From Candidatus Omnitrophota bacterium (GTDB taxonomy: Bacteria > Omnitrophota > Gorgyraeia > Zapsychrales > Fredricksoniimonadaceae), in the NCBI GenBank assembly GCA_903860135.1, contig CAIOPG010000007.1:66100-130099 (forward strand): DNA of 64,000 nt. Reading direction: 5' to 3'. The translations under genes and the position numbers were made by a program. Shown here one piece after another: positions 40,143 through 49,596 of the stretch. The notes under the pieces were generated by a model. The model did not search any database, had not been told where the DNA came from, and saw only the letters and a list, made by a program, of their open reading frames with translations. Each line of letters starts with the position of its first letter. The stretch's first letter is position 1.

Positions 40143-40764
40143 TTTGATCGGCACCGCGGTGTTGAGTTATTTGATGGGTGCTATCCCTACAGCTTACATT
40201 TTTGGCAGGGTGCTCAAAGGCATCGATATCCGCACACAGGGTTCGGGGAATGTGGGGGCGACCAATGCCTTTCGCATCCTGGGCAAGGGGCCGGGGACGG
40301 CGGTGCTGGTCATTGATATTTTAAAGGGTGCTATCGCCGTGGCGGTTGTGGCTGGTTATTTGTCGCCGGACACGACCGGGCGTATTGTTGCTGCTGTGGC
40401 GGCTGTGTGCGGGCATAACTGGACCTGTTTTTTGAACTTTAAGGGTGGCAAGGGTATTGCCACCACCCTAGGGGTGCTCATCGGATTCACGGTGGCGATC
40501 CCTGAAACGCGCGGTGCGGTGGGTCTGTGCGTTCTGACGTGGGTGGTATCTTTTCTTATGACGGCGATCGTTTCTGTTTCTTCGCTTGTGACCGCTGTGG
40601 TACTGCCGATCTTCATGCTTGTCTTCGGTGCGCCCTTAGCTTTGGTTGTGTTAAGTATTCTTTTTTGTTTCTTTGTTGTCTTGCGTCACCGCCCTAATAT
40701 CCAACGCCTCCTTAATGGTCAGGAAGCTAAGGTTTCTTTCCTCTGGCATTCCAAGAAGCAATAA
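40120..40764 (+). CDS. plsY: glycerol-3-phosphate acyltransferase PlsY
   Basis: GAIPTAYIFGRVLKGIDIRTQGSGNVGATNAFRILGKGPG. Confidence 0.9.
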   Translation: MDVMTIVSLIGTAVLSYLMGAIPTAYIFGRVLKGIDIRTQGSGNVGATNAFRILGKGPGTAVLVIDILKGAIAVAVVAGYLSPDTTGRIVAAVAAVCGHNWTCFLNFKGGKGIATTLGVLIGFTVAIPETRGAVGLCVLTWVVSFLMTAIVSVSSLVTAVVLPIFMLVFGAPLALVVLSILFCFFVVLRHRPNIQRLLNGQEAKVSFLWHSKKQ

Positions 40765-40844
40765 CCATCGTTCAGCCACGGCATTAAAAGACCCCGTGAC
40801 AGACAGGCTGTCAACGGGGTCTTTGACCGATGGTATGGATGAAC

Positions 40845-41420
40845 TTATTCTTTGATATACGCCTTGATGATCTTTTGGTCGGCAACAGGTTTGTCGCCAG
40901 GCCCAACTTCTGTATTTTCGATCTTCTGGATAATATCATAACCGGCAACAACTTCGCCGAAAATGGTGTGCTTGTTGTTCAACCACGGCGTAGCCGTTGT
41001 TGTGATAAAAAACTGGCTACCATTGGTCCCAGGACCGCGATTGGCCATGGCGAGGATGCCCGGCTTGTTGAACGTGAGGCTGGGTGAAAATTCATCCGCG
41101 AATTCCTGACCCCAAAGGCTTTCACCGCCGCGGCCAGTCCCCGTCGGGTCGCCACCCTGGATCATGAATTGTTTGATGACGCGATGGAAGATAAGGCCGT
41201 CATAATAACCTTTGGCAATCAAGCCTTTGAAATTCTCGCAGGTTTTAGGTGCCGCAGACTCGAACAGCTTGATTTCCACGTTGCCCTGATTTGTTTCCAA
41301 AACGACCATTGAAGTTTTTTCTGCCATAGCGGTGTCCTCTTTCTGCGCCTGAACACTGCCCGTCATGGTCAGGGATAAAATCCCCATGGCCACAAAGAAA
41401 GTCCTAACGAACGTTGTCAT
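40845..41420 (-). CDS. ppiB: peptidyl-prolyl cis-trans isomerase, cyclophilin type, secreted
   Basis: Signal peptide, then VLETNQGNVEIKLFESAAPKTCENFKGLIAKGYYDGLIFHRVIKQFMIQGGDPTGTGRGG. Confidence 0.92.
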   Translation of the reverse strand: MTTFVRTFFVAMGILSLTMTGSVQAQKEDTAMAEKTSMVVLETNQGNVEIKLFESAAPKTCENFKGLIAKGYYDGLIFHRVIKQFMIQGGDPTGTGRGGESLWGQEFADEFSPSLTFNKPGILAMANRGPGTNGSQFFITTTATPWLNNKHTIFGEVVAGYDIIQKIENTEVGPGDKPVADQKIIKAYIKE

Positions 41421-41520
41421 AGCTGCTCCTTTGTTGATTATTATGATTTAACCTGTTTTCAAAATCATGTGCGTCCATGGCACGTGTAGTTTTCTTTATC
41501 TCAAGCCGCATTCCTTATTA

Positions 41521-42249
41521 TCACATCAAACTGATAACTTCAAGTGGAAGCTTTTTCAATTCTTCGGTTCCAAGAATTTTAATGGCCCAGCGTAAAAGCT
41601 CGAATTTATTGCGCATTTTAGGATCAAGGGTATCTGCTGTTTTGAGTTTCTTGCGTGAAAGGAAAAATATCTTGCGAAGGGCGTTGAACACGATGCGCGC
41701 TTCGCGCGGTCGCGACATTTCGCTGGTGTTGATGCTCACAAGTGCCGCATAAGCCAGTTCATTGACATAAGCATCGTAATGATCCATTTTCCTGACCAAG
41801 ATCGGCACCATGGGTTCGTAATAACGGAAGCGGTCCATGATAACCAGCGTGTGCAGGATTTCTATCTGAAGTGGAACGATGAGAGACCGTTGAAGCTGTT
41901 GTAATAATACTTTCTCAATGATGACGCGTTCCCGCGAAACCATGGCAGGGGCAAATTTCTCCCGAAAGACTTTAACCGCTGCTGCTTTTTTGTAGGCATA
42001 AAGTCCCTCATCATTGATCATGGCCAGCAAAAGATCTTTGGGTGCCGGCAACAGTTTTGTTGTATAGCCTTGGATCAGGGCTTTATCCTCAAAAAAGTCT
42101 GCTGCATTGGAAGATGGATTGGATGGGGCAGAGGAATTTTCCGGTGAAGGCTCTTGCTGGCCAGAAACTGGTGCTAGTGGAAGCAACATAAGGAAAGAAA
42201 ATAATGCCGGGAATAATTTACGCATCGGTAACCTCAAGGGACATATCAA
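41521..42249 (-). CDS. hypothetical secreted protein
   Basis: 242 aa with a signal peptide and a low-complexity S/P-rich segment, then a helical region. No confident family assignment. Overlaps the nadC 3' end by ~30 nt. Confidence 0.5.
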   Translation of the reverse strand: MICPLRLPMRKLFPALFSFLMLLPLAPVSGQQEPSPENSSAPSNPSSNAADFFEDKALIQGYTTKLLPAPKDLLLAMINDEGLYAYKKAAAVKVFREKFAPAMVSRERVIIEKVLLQQLQRSLIVPLQIEILHTLVIMDRFRYYEPMVPILVRKMDHYDAYVNELAYAALVSINTSEMSRPREARIVFNALRKIFFLSRKKLKTADTLDPKMRNKFELLRWAIKILGTEELKKLPLEVISLM

Positions 42250-43075
42250 CCGCCATACGCGAGTGTGTTAATGAGCCAATCGAAATGCGGTCAACGCCTG
42301 TGGCGGCTATGGCGCGCACATTTTTGAGGGTGACGCCACCGGAAGCTTCAAGTAACGGCCTTTTACCTGGAGGGAATGATTTCTTTGTCAGCATGACGGC
42401 CGCTTTTAAATCCGCAATGGACATATTGTCCAAAAGGATCATTTCAGGGTGCGCCCCGAGGACTTCCTTGAGTTCCCACAGATGATCGACCTCAACCTGG
42501 ACTTTTTTGTGCGTCATGCGGTGCAGGCGGCGCACGGTTAATTCGAGTGACTCCTTGTTGCGGCAGACCACGCGATGGTTATCTTTCATTAAAACCATTT
42601 TGTTCAGATTGAAACGATGATTCACCCCGCCGCCACAACTGACGGCGTAACGTTCAAAGACGCGCAGGGTGGGCGTTGTTTTGCGTGTATCAAGTATTTT
42701 GACATCCAGGGGTTTTACGGCATCGCAAAAAAGACGTGTTTTGGTTGCGATAGCTGAAAGGTAGCTCAGGAAATTAAGCGCGGCGCGTTCACCGGTCAGG
42801 ATCGCCCGGGTATGCCCTTCGATCCGGATCACGACATCTTGGGCGCCCACACGATCACCGTCTTTATGTTCGCAGGTGACATGCAGGGCCGGATCAATCT
42901 GATGAAAGACTTCACACGCAAGAGCCCTGCCGCAGAATACAGCTGTGTCTTTGGCGATGATCACCGCATGGCTTTTGTGCTGACGCGGGATCAAGAGATT
43001 GGTCGTAATATCTCCGCGACCGAGATCTTCTTTGAGTGTGGACCGGACAATAGACCGGATATCAGTATGGTTCAT
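42218..43075 (-). CDS. nadC: nicotinate-nucleotide pyrophosphorylase (carboxylating)
   Basis: TGERAALNFLSYLSAIATKT and the QPRTase C-terminal TIM barrel. Confidence 0.9.
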   Translation of the reverse strand: MNHTDIRSIVRSTLKEDLGRGDITTNLLIPRQHKSHAVIIAKDTAVFCGRALACEVFHQIDPALHVTCEHKDGDRVGAQDVVIRIEGHTRAILTGERAALNFLSYLSAIATKTRLFCDAVKPLDVKILDTRKTTPTLRVFERYAVSCGGGVNHRFNLNKMVLMKDNHRVVCRNKESLELTVRRLHRMTHKKVQVEVDHLWELKEVLGAHPEMILLDNMSIADLKAAVMLTKKSFPPGKRPLLEASGGVTLKNVRAIAATGVDRISIGSLTHSRMAVDMSLEVTDA

Positions 43076-43208
43076 AACGCAAAGATTATAGTATCGACGG
43101 AAGAAAGTTTCAATGCATATTTTGATGCCGTTGGCAGTTGAATTTTTCCGGCACTTGATTTCTTCCTAATGGGTGTTATACTTCCATCAACGGTTTGGAG
43201 GAAAACCC

Positions 43209-43565
43209 ATGAAAGATGTTGTTTATCGCAAACGCGATCTGTTTAAGAATCGCGGACGGATAGTTTCTGTAATCGAAAATGTGGCGCAACACGATAGCAG
43301 TACGCGTGTTGTGAAGAATTTCGTTTATATGGTCAGTCGTGTGGATGCCGTGCCTAAAACGCTCCCGACGCCCAAGATCCGTATGTTGAAGGGGGTAGAT
43401 ACCCAAGCGCGCGAGGAGCGGTTTGTCTTCAAGGTCAAGGGTTCTGTCTATATTAAAGAGAAGCGGTTCATCTTTGAATTACGGTACTGCCATAGCTTGA
43501 ATGTGCTGATGCAGTGGAAGACGGTCGTTGTTCCTGCCGAGAAGTCCGTTGTTGCCGTCAACTGA
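43209..43565 (+). CDS. hypothetical protein
   Basis: 118 aa from MKDVVYRKRDLFKNRG. No recognisable motifs. Confidence 0.4.
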   Translation: MKDVVYRKRDLFKNRGRIVSVIENVAQHDSSTRVVKNFVYMVSRVDAVPKTLPTPKIRMLKGVDTQAREERFVFKVKGSVYIKEKRFIFELRYCHSLNVLMQWKTVVVPAEKSVVAVN

Positions 43566-43688
43566 GCGGCACCCTTTTCGTTGTTAATATTTTTTACAAA
43601 AAAATCCCCTATTCTAAAAACTTTTTGCTAAACTATATAAATATTTTATAAACGCATGGGTATGTCGCCTGTGTGTCCAATCGTTTAA

Positions 43689-44204
43689 ATGGAGGAAGGT
43701 CACGTGGCTATTCGGTTCCTTATGATCGCGGTGTTCGCTTTGGTGCTTTCTGGTTGTGCAACGACAACAACGCCTAATCCTTTGCAAGGTCAGGTGACTG
43801 ACCTGACGCAGCGTGTGCAAGATCAGGAAAAACAGATCAGCGACCTGAAATATGAGATCAAAGAGCTTTCATCGAAGCCGGTTTCTGAGGCTGTCGATAC
43901 TGTTCCTTCTTACGTAACGCCGACGGCATTCAAGGCTGAACAGGTCAAGTCGGAAAACAAAAGTGCGAACATCATCCGAGTGAATGTGAGTGGTCGTGAA
44001 TTACAGAAGGCACTCAAGGCGGCGGGTGTTTATGAAGGCAAGATCGACGGAAAGATCGGTTCAAGGACAAGGGCTGCTGTCGTGGCGTTCCAGAAGGCGC
44101 ACAGCCTCAAGGCTGATGGGGTTGTGGGACAGAAGACGTGGAACGAGTTGAAGTCAGCGGCGGCTGAATCGGCATCTGCTGTGTCAGGGGATGTGGTCAA
44201 GTAA
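43689..44204 (+). CDS. lipoprotein with C-terminal peptidoglycan-binding domain (PG_binding_1)
   Basis: Lipobox LVLSGCATT. C-terminus KIDGKIGSRTRAAVVAFQKAHSLKADGVVGQKTWNEL is the PG_binding_1 consensus. Confidence 0.75.
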   Translation: MEEGHVAIRFLMIAVFALVLSGCATTTTPNPLQGQVTDLTQRVQDQEKQISDLKYEIKELSSKPVSEAVDTVPSYVTPTAFKAEQVKSENKSANIIRVNVSGRELQKALKAAGVYEGKIDGKIGSRTRAAVVAFQKAHSLKADGVVGQKTWNELKSAAAESASAVSGDVVK

Positions 44205-44275
44205 ATTTAAGGGGTTGAGATGATCCTGAAAGCCGCGGTGTTCATTCGCCGCGGCTTTTTTATTCACGGAGTATT

Positions 44276-45199
44276 ATGGGCAGTAAGGTTCTCACCGTTA
44301 CGCTGAATCCGGCGATCGATCGTATCGTGCGCATTGAGAAAATGCTTGTTGGACGGGATCATTGTTCGACGGCGGCGATGGCTTTGGCCGGAGGCAAAGG
44401 GGTTAACGCGGCGCGTGCTTTGTGTGCCCTTGAGGTTCCTGTGCAAGCCACAGGGTTATGTGGCGGTGTGGCAGGGGATTTGCTAACAGCACTGTTAACA
44501 CAGGAAGGCTTGCCGCACGCTTTCGTCCGCATCGCCGGAGCAACCCGTATCAATACGACGATCATGGATCGTGCAGGAGCCGTGACGCGGGTCATTGAAA
44601 CAGGACCGAGGGTGACAGCGGGGGAACAGCGGACATTTATGGTGCAGTTATTGCAACAGGCTAAAGCGTGTGAGGCCGTTCTTTTCTGCGGAAGACTGCC
44701 GCCGGGGATAAGCGGGGCAGCGTTGGTGCGCATGATCGCGGCGGTGAAGCAGAAAGTGTCTTTGGTCGCTGTGGACACATCCGGGCTGGCACTTAAGGCG
44801 GTGTTAAAGGCCGGTGTGGACATCATCAAGCCCAACCGTGCCGAGGCGGAGGAAGTTCTCGGCTGGCACCTGACGTCGGAGTCCAGGGTTGCGCGGGCGC
44901 TCGATGCCTTTTTAAACCACGGGATAAAAAATGTTTTGATTTCGCTGGGGCAGGATGGGCTGGCGGCTTCCAACGGGCAGGAAATGCTCTGGGTGCGTGT
45001 GCCGCCGGTCAAGGGCGGGCATGCGGTGGGGTGTGGCGACGCGGCACTGGCGGGGTTTGTGGCCGGGCATTTGGCGGGGAAACCTTTTGCGGCTTGTGTT
45101 GACCAAGCAGCGGCATGCGGGACGGCCAACATGTTCGCGGTGATCCCCGGGGGGATCAGCAGGAATATCATCAGGAAACTGGGGCTAAAGAAATACTGA
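44276..45199 (+). CDS. fruK: 1-phosphofructokinase / PfkB-family sugar kinase
   Basis: MGSKVLTVTLNPAIDRIV..., GG.GKGVN, and a C-terminal DT.GAGD-like motif GCGDAALAGFVAG. Confidence 0.85.
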   Translation: MGSKVLTVTLNPAIDRIVRIEKMLVGRDHCSTAAMALAGGKGVNAARALCALEVPVQATGLCGGVAGDLLTALLTQEGLPHAFVRIAGATRINTTIMDRAGAVTRVIETGPRVTAGEQRTFMVQLLQQAKACEAVLFCGRLPPGISGAALVRMIAAVKQKVSLVAVDTSGLALKAVLKAGVDIIKPNRAEAEEVLGWHLTSESRVARALDAFLNHGIKNVLISLGQDGLAASNGQEMLWVRVPPVKGGHAVGCGDAALAGFVAGHLAGKPFAACVDQAAACGTANMFAVIPGGISRNIIRKLGLKKY

Positions 45200-45213
45200 T
45201 CAAAGGAGCAGTT

Positions 45214-45876
45214 ATGGCGCTGGAACATGAAGAACGCATCATCAAACTCAAACAGCTCGACAATTTGAACAGCCAGGAAATGCGTGCCCTTGTTCAGGAA
45301 GGTGCGAAGCATTTCAAGGAGTCCTGGGTCAAGCTGGCCCAGGCGCTTTACGGCGTGCACCGTGACAAGCTGTACGAATACTGGGGCTATGAGAAGTTCG
45401 AGCTTTATGTCGAGAAAGAGGTCGGGATCAAGAAGCCGATGGCGCTTAAACTGCTTAAGACGTATGCCTTTGTTGAGGAGCAGGAGCCGCAATGCCTGCG
45501 GGCTGAATTTTTTACGGAAAAAGACGCCGGCACCATCCCGGAGTTTGAGGCGGTGAATCTGTTACGCATGGCGCGTGCCAACAAAGACCTTACAAAAAAG
45601 GATTATCAGGAAGTCCGGCGGCAGGTGATCGATGATGGTCGCGACGCGTCGCTGGTGCGCAAAGACCTGACGGCCATGATCAAGGAACGCAAGCAGGTCG
45701 ATCCTGACGCGGAGCGCGAAGAACGCAATGCGGCGGCGGTACGCCGATTCCTGAACGCGATCCGTTCCTTCCGCAAGGATGCCGAGACGCTCAAGCTCCT
45801 CCCGGCAGCGATATTAAAGAAGGCCGAAGAATTATTCCAGGAACTTGAATCGGAAATTGATATTGAGAAAGGTTAA
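45214..45876 (+). CDS. hypothetical charged helical protein
   Basis: 220 aa from MALEHEERIIKLKQ, preceded by AAAGGAG. No family recognised. Immediately followed by an exonuclease gene with 1-nt spacing. Confidence 0.55.
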   Translation: MALEHEERIIKLKQLDNLNSQEMRALVQEGAKHFKESWVKLAQALYGVHRDKLYEYWGYEKFELYVEKEVGIKKPMALKLLKTYAFVEEQEPQCLRAEFFTEKDAGTIPEFEAVNLLRMARANKDLTKKDYQEVRRQVIDDGRDASLVRKDLTAMIKERKQVDPDAEREERNAAAVRRFLNAIRSFRKDAETLKLLPAAILKKAEELFQELESEIDIEKG

Positions 45877-45877
45877 T

Positions 45878-46654
45878 ATGAAACTGGAGCGCACCCTTGT
45901 TGTCCTTGATCTTGAAACGACCGGAACCTGGGTCGAGAAGGACCGTATCATTGAGATTGCCCTTGTCCGGCGTTCGCCGTCGGGTGAAAAAGAGGTTTAT
46001 CATTCCCGCGTCAATCCGCTCATGCCCATTCCCTTGGCGGTGCAGAAATTGACCGGGATCACGGATGCGGATGTGGCGGCCGCGCCCGTCTTTAAGACCA
46101 TTGCCGCCGATGTCTTGGCTTTTCTGGCAGGGGCAGATCTGGCGGGGTTCAATGTGGATAAATTTGACCTCCCGCTCCTTGAGCGTGAAATGGCCGAGGC
46201 GGGGGTGCCCTTCAGCGCGTCAGGCCTCAAGGTTTTTGATGCCCAGAAGGTCTATCATTTGAACGAAAAACGCGATCTCACAGCAGCGTATGCGTTTTAT
46301 TGCGGCAAACCTTTACTGGGGGCGCACGGGGCGTTGGCGGACACGGAGGCGACATTGGAAGTGATCGAGTCCCAGGTTGAGCGTTACGGCGCCGGGGATA
46401 CGTCAATAGATGCTCTGGCACAGTTTCAGTATAGGGAACAGCCTGAGTTTTTTGACCCGGAAAGGCGCTTCCGTTGGTGGAACGGCGAGCTTTATATGAT
46501 GTTTGGCAAATATGCCCGCAAGGAAAGTCTGCGCGAGATCGTGGCCAAGGATCCCGGGTATCTCACCTGGATGATGGGTAAGGATTTTAGCGCGGATGTA
46601 AAGAAGCTCGTCGAGAATGCTCTTAAGGGACAGTTCCCTAAACAGGAACCATGA
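45878..46654 (+). CDS. DnaQ-like 3'-5' exonuclease (DEDDh) with C-terminal DUF3820-like extension
   Basis: Exo I motif LVVLDLETTG and Exo III region HGALADTEATLEV. The C-terminal RFRWWNGELYMMFGKYARKESLREIVAKDPGYLTWM resembles the conserved FGKYKG...DP.YL.W extension (recalled from memory, unverified). Confidence 0.7.
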   Translation: MKLERTLVVLDLETTGTWVEKDRIIEIALVRRSPSGEKEVYHSRVNPLMPIPLAVQKLTGITDADVAAAPVFKTIAADVLAFLAGADLAGFNVDKFDLPLLEREMAEAGVPFSASGLKVFDAQKVYHLNEKRDLTAAYAFYCGKPLLGAHGALADTEATLEVIESQVERYGAGDTSIDALAQFQYREQPEFFDPERRFRWWNGELYMMFGKYARKESLREIVAKDPGYLTWMMGKDFSADVKKLVENALKGQFPKQEP

Positions 46655-46709
46655 ATGACATGCGGGCGGTCCCGTATGCCCATCCCGAGCGACAGATAGA
46701 ACATTTCTA

Positions 46710-46738
46710 TTGAGCACTGAAGTTAAACAGGGTAGAAT
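46710..46738 (+). promoter_or_regulatory. sigma70-like promoter TTGAGC-17bp-TAGAAT with overlapping ATAGAA-cat-TTCTAT palindrome
   Basis: -35 at 46710-46715, -10 at 46733-46738. The palindrome 46696..46710 overlaps the -35. Upstream of the SPOR-domain gene. Confidence 0.5.
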
Positions 46739-46780
46739 ATTACCCTTCATTATTTTTTAGGTTATCAAGGAGGGGTTGTC

Positions 46781-47296
46781 ATGGCGGGAAAGAGTGGGTT
46801 ATGGATCACGGTGGTTGTTGTGGCACTGGGAGGAACTCTCTTGGTGCTTTCGCAAAACAGGGGAAAGGTGGTTGTTCCCGTTCAGGAAGAGGCGGTTGTT
46901 CCGGAGAAGGTCTCGGCAATTACCATTAAGGCGACGTCTATTCCCGTGGCAGATGTTCCTGCGCCCAAGGGGATCAAGCCTATCCATCTGCCTGAGACCG
47001 GTGTGAAGGCTTCGCCTCATGTGGCATCGTCGATCTTGGATGTGCCCAATGCGGTCAGGGCGCGCGATGCGTATGCTATTCAGGTTTTTTCTTTTAAGGA
47101 TAAAGCGCGGGCGGAAGCATCGCTGAAGAAGTTGAAGGACAAGGGTTATGCGGCTTATGTTCTGATGAGTGACCTAGGGTCACGCGGGATATTTTACCGT
47201 GTGCGCGTAGGTTCGTTTGCGACGGAAGAAGAGGCTAGGAATAATGTTAGTGCCGTAAGGCGTGACTTTGAGAGTGGTAATATTGTTGCTGAATAA
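46781..47296 (+). CDS. SPOR domain-containing protein
   Basis: N-terminal TM anchor. C-terminal SPOR: AYAIQVFSFKDKARAEASLKKLKDKGYAAYVLMSDLGSRGIFYRVRVGSFATEEEAR. Confidence 0.8.
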   Translation: MAGKSGLWITVVVVALGGTLLVLSQNRGKVVVPVQEEAVVPEKVSAITIKATSIPVADVPAPKGIKPIHLPETGVKASPHVASSILDVPNAVRARDAYAIQVFSFKDKARAEASLKKLKDKGYAAYVLMSDLGSRGIFYRVRVGSFATEEEARNNVSAVRRDFESGNIVAE

Positions 47297-47308
47297 GACA
47301 GGAGCGTT

Positions 47309-47905
47309 ATGAAAAGAATAATTGTTGTTTTTGCGGGATTTTTCGCGCTGGCAATGTCCGGCTGTTCTACTCAAGTGATCCGCAAGGATGTTGCTGAAAT
47401 AACCGATCTTTCCGGTCACTGGAATGATACAGATGCGCGCCTTGTAGCTGAGGAGATGGTCAGGGATTGTGTGGCTGGACTGTGGGTTGGAAATTTCAAC
47501 AAAGAAAAAGGCCGTGATCCTGTTGTGATCGTCGGCACGGTGGTCAACCGCAGCCATGAACATATCAATGCTGACGTGTTTGTTCAGGACCTCGAGATGT
47601 CCCTGGTCAACGCCGGCAAGGTCAAGTTTGTGGCTTCGAAGACCGAGCGCGGCGAGCTCCGTGAGGAACGTGCGGATCAGCAGTTGAATGCGGCGGTTCC
47701 GACACGCGCGCAGATGATCAGTGAAACCGGGGCAGATTTTATGCTCCAGGGGACGATCAATTCTGTCAAGGATGAGACCAAGGGGCAGTATGCGATCATG
47801 TTCCAGTCAAATCTGGAGCTCATCAACTTGACGACGAACGAAAAGGTTTGGATTGGCCAGAAAAAGATCAAGAAGCTCGTAAAACGCTCTCAGTATTCCC
47901 TGTAG
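47309..47905 (+). CDS. LpoB-like lipoprotein (COG3417, penicillin-binding protein activator-like)
   Basis: Lipobox AMSGCST. VVIVGTVVNRSHEHINADVFVQDLEMSLVNAGKVKFVAS resembles the LpoB/COG3417 core. Confidence 0.55.
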   Translation: MKRIIVVFAGFFALAMSGCSTQVIRKDVAEITDLSGHWNDTDARLVAEEMVRDCVAGLWVGNFNKEKGRDPVVIVGTVVNRSHEHINADVFVQDLEMSLVNAGKVKFVASKTERGELREERADQQLNAAVPTRAQMISETGADFMLQGTINSVKDETKGQYAIMFQSNLELINLTTNEKVWIGQKKIKKLVKRSQYSL

Positions 47906-47907
47906 TC

Positions 47908-49269
47908 ATGATACTGTCACGTGTGATTGCATTAAGGAACGCCCTTGGGCGTTCCTTTCTTATTGTTGTCGCCACCTTTCTTCTTTCTTCTTGTGCGGCG
48001 ACGGGGCGGCCACGGTTGCAGGTAGAGGTCGGCGGGCTTGTGGCTGCTGGCGACATTCAAGGGGCGGCCGGAAAGATCGCCGCGCCTGGGGCACGTTACG
48101 GGTCGGGCAATGATGTTCTTTATCAGCTTGACCGCGCCCTGATCCTGCAGATGGTCGGACGTTACAAGGAAAGTGCGGTTTCATTTGAAAAGGCCAAGGC
48201 ACGCACGGAAGAGCTTTATACCCGGTCTCTCCTGAATGAAGCATCGACTTGGTTGGTCAATGATGCCCGTGCGCCTTACAGACCACCGGCTTACGAGCGT
48301 GCGTTGATGAATGTTTTCCAGTCGTTTAATTATGTTGTGTCCGGTGATATATCCGAGGCGCTGGTCGAGGCACGCGACCTGGATGTGAAGTTTCCTGTTG
48401 ACGGAACCGGCGATATCAGGAAGTCGCGCGGCTTTGAGGACAACGGTTTTGCCCGTCTTGTTTCAGGAATGCTTTATGAGACCGCGGGAGAAGCCGCTAC
48501 GGGTGATGCCCTGATTTCTTATAAGCAGGCACTGGAGTTGTATGATGCCTACTATGCCGGGCAATATGTGCCGCGTATGCTTCAGGAAAGCTTGCTACGT
48601 CTGGCGGCGGCTACCGGGGATGATGACCTTTCCATTTATCGTTCGCGTTTTAGTGGATTGCGTACGGGAATACCCGTCGGTAAAGCTGTTGTTTACCTGA
48701 TCGAACCTGTAGGGTTTTCGCCTGTCAAGGAGTCCGGTTCATTGCCGATCCCGGTGCAGATGGACTTGATCGCCCAGGTATCATTTCCGTTCTTTGTAAA
48801 GCGCCAATACAATGTCCGTGCTTCGCGCTTTGTGTTTGAACGGAGTGATGGGGTTGCATGGCATATTCCTACGGAGATGGGAGTTGATATCGAGGATCTG
48901 GCCTTGAGGGACATGGAGTGGCGCAAGGCCGGTGTTATCGCCAAGGCTCTGGCGCGCCCGGCACTCAAGTATATGGTGGAAGCCAATCAAAAAGATGTGA
49001 TTGAAAAAAGAAGCGGCCCTTTGGCGGCGGGACTGTTTGGCATCCTGAGCAGTATCTACAACATTTACACCGAACAGGCCGATGTGCGTAGCTGGCAGTC
49101 CTTGCCCGGGCAGATCCGCGTGGCCCGCGCGCTCGTTGCGCCGGGATATTACCGCGTCAGGGTTGACGATCTTGACAGGTCCGGTGCGCTTGTTGGTTCC
49201 CTCGCGCAGGGCGAGCGCGAATTCATCGCCGGGAAAACATATTTTATTATAATGCGTTCGGCTCGCTGA
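47908..49269 (+). CDS. hypothetical lipoprotein (COG3014-like, often neighbours LpoB-like genes)
   Basis: Lipobox FLLSSCAATG. 453 aa with no catalytic motif recognised. Confidence 0.5.
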   Translation: MILSRVIALRNALGRSFLIVVATFLLSSCAATGRPRLQVEVGGLVAAGDIQGAAGKIAAPGARYGSGNDVLYQLDRALILQMVGRYKESAVSFEKAKARTEELYTRSLLNEASTWLVNDARAPYRPPAYERALMNVFQSFNYVVSGDISEALVEARDLDVKFPVDGTGDIRKSRGFEDNGFARLVSGMLYETAGEAATGDALISYKQALELYDAYYAGQYVPRMLQESLLRLAAATGDDDLSIYRSRFSGLRTGIPVGKAVVYLIEPVGFSPVKESGSLPIPVQMDLIAQVSFPFFVKRQYNVRASRFVFERSDGVAWHIPTEMGVDIEDLALRDMEWRKAGVIAKALARPALKYMVEANQKDVIEKRSGPLAAGLFGILSSIYNIYTEQADVRSWQSLPGQIRVARALVAPGYYRVRVDDLDRSGALVGSLAQGEREFIAGKTYFIIMRSAR

Positions 49270-49300
49270 TGCAGGGTGGATATTATGGGATAAATCTGCT

Positions 49301-49328
49301 TTGAGAAGCGGGTGCTATCCTTTATAAT
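49301..49328 (+). promoter_or_regulatory. sigma70-like promoter TTGAGA-16bp-TATAAT
   Basis: -35 at 49301-49306, -10 at 49323-49328, ~40 bp upstream of the glycine-zipper gene. Confidence 0.5.
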
Positions 49329-49368
49329 GACTTAAAATTCGGGATTAAATAATACAGGAGATGTTAAG

Positions 49369-49584
49369 ATGAAAAAAATTGCGGTTATCATGTTCATGGC
49401 GCTGGCACTGGCAGGTTGTACGGGTGCGCAAAAGGGCGCGGGTATTGGTGCTGTGGCTGGTGCGGCACTGGGTGGTATTATCGGTCATCAGAGCGGCCAC
49501 GGGGTCGAAGGGGCGTTGATCGGCGGCGCGGTAGGGGCAGCGGGCGGCGCGCTCACGGGCGATGCTATGGAAAACAAGCAATAA
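49369..49584 (+). CDS. glycine-zipper lipoprotein (OsmB/YMGG-like)
   Basis: Lipobox LALAGCTG. GxxxG repeats GAGIGAVAGAALGGIIG...GALIGGAVGAAGGALTG. Confidence 0.7.
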   Translation: MKKIAVIMFMALALAGCTGAQKGAGIGAVAGAALGGIIGHQSGHGVEGALIGGAVGAAGGALTGDAMENKQ

Positions 49585-49596
49585 CGGTATAATTCA

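Noticed and set aside
43614-43820. 68-aa minus-strand ORF in the AT-rich intergenic region upstream of the PG-binding lipoprotein gene
   Set aside because: It lies in a promoter-like AT-rich spacer, with no RBS or motif support. It overlaps the likely promoter of the 43689 gene.
44359-45492. 377-aa minus-strand ORF antisense to fruK. Similar long antisense ORFs occur at 59512..60441, 60997..61986, 20237..21064, 12458..13279, 25759..26532, 26819..27529, 30629..31483 and 63398..63907
   Set aside because: All are fully embedded opposite strongly supported plus-strand genes (pfkB, rng, obg, fabV, permease, dnaG, rpoD, yebC, proA). Their translations are low-complexity Arg/Pro/Ala-rich, as expected from antisense frames of high-GC coding sequence.
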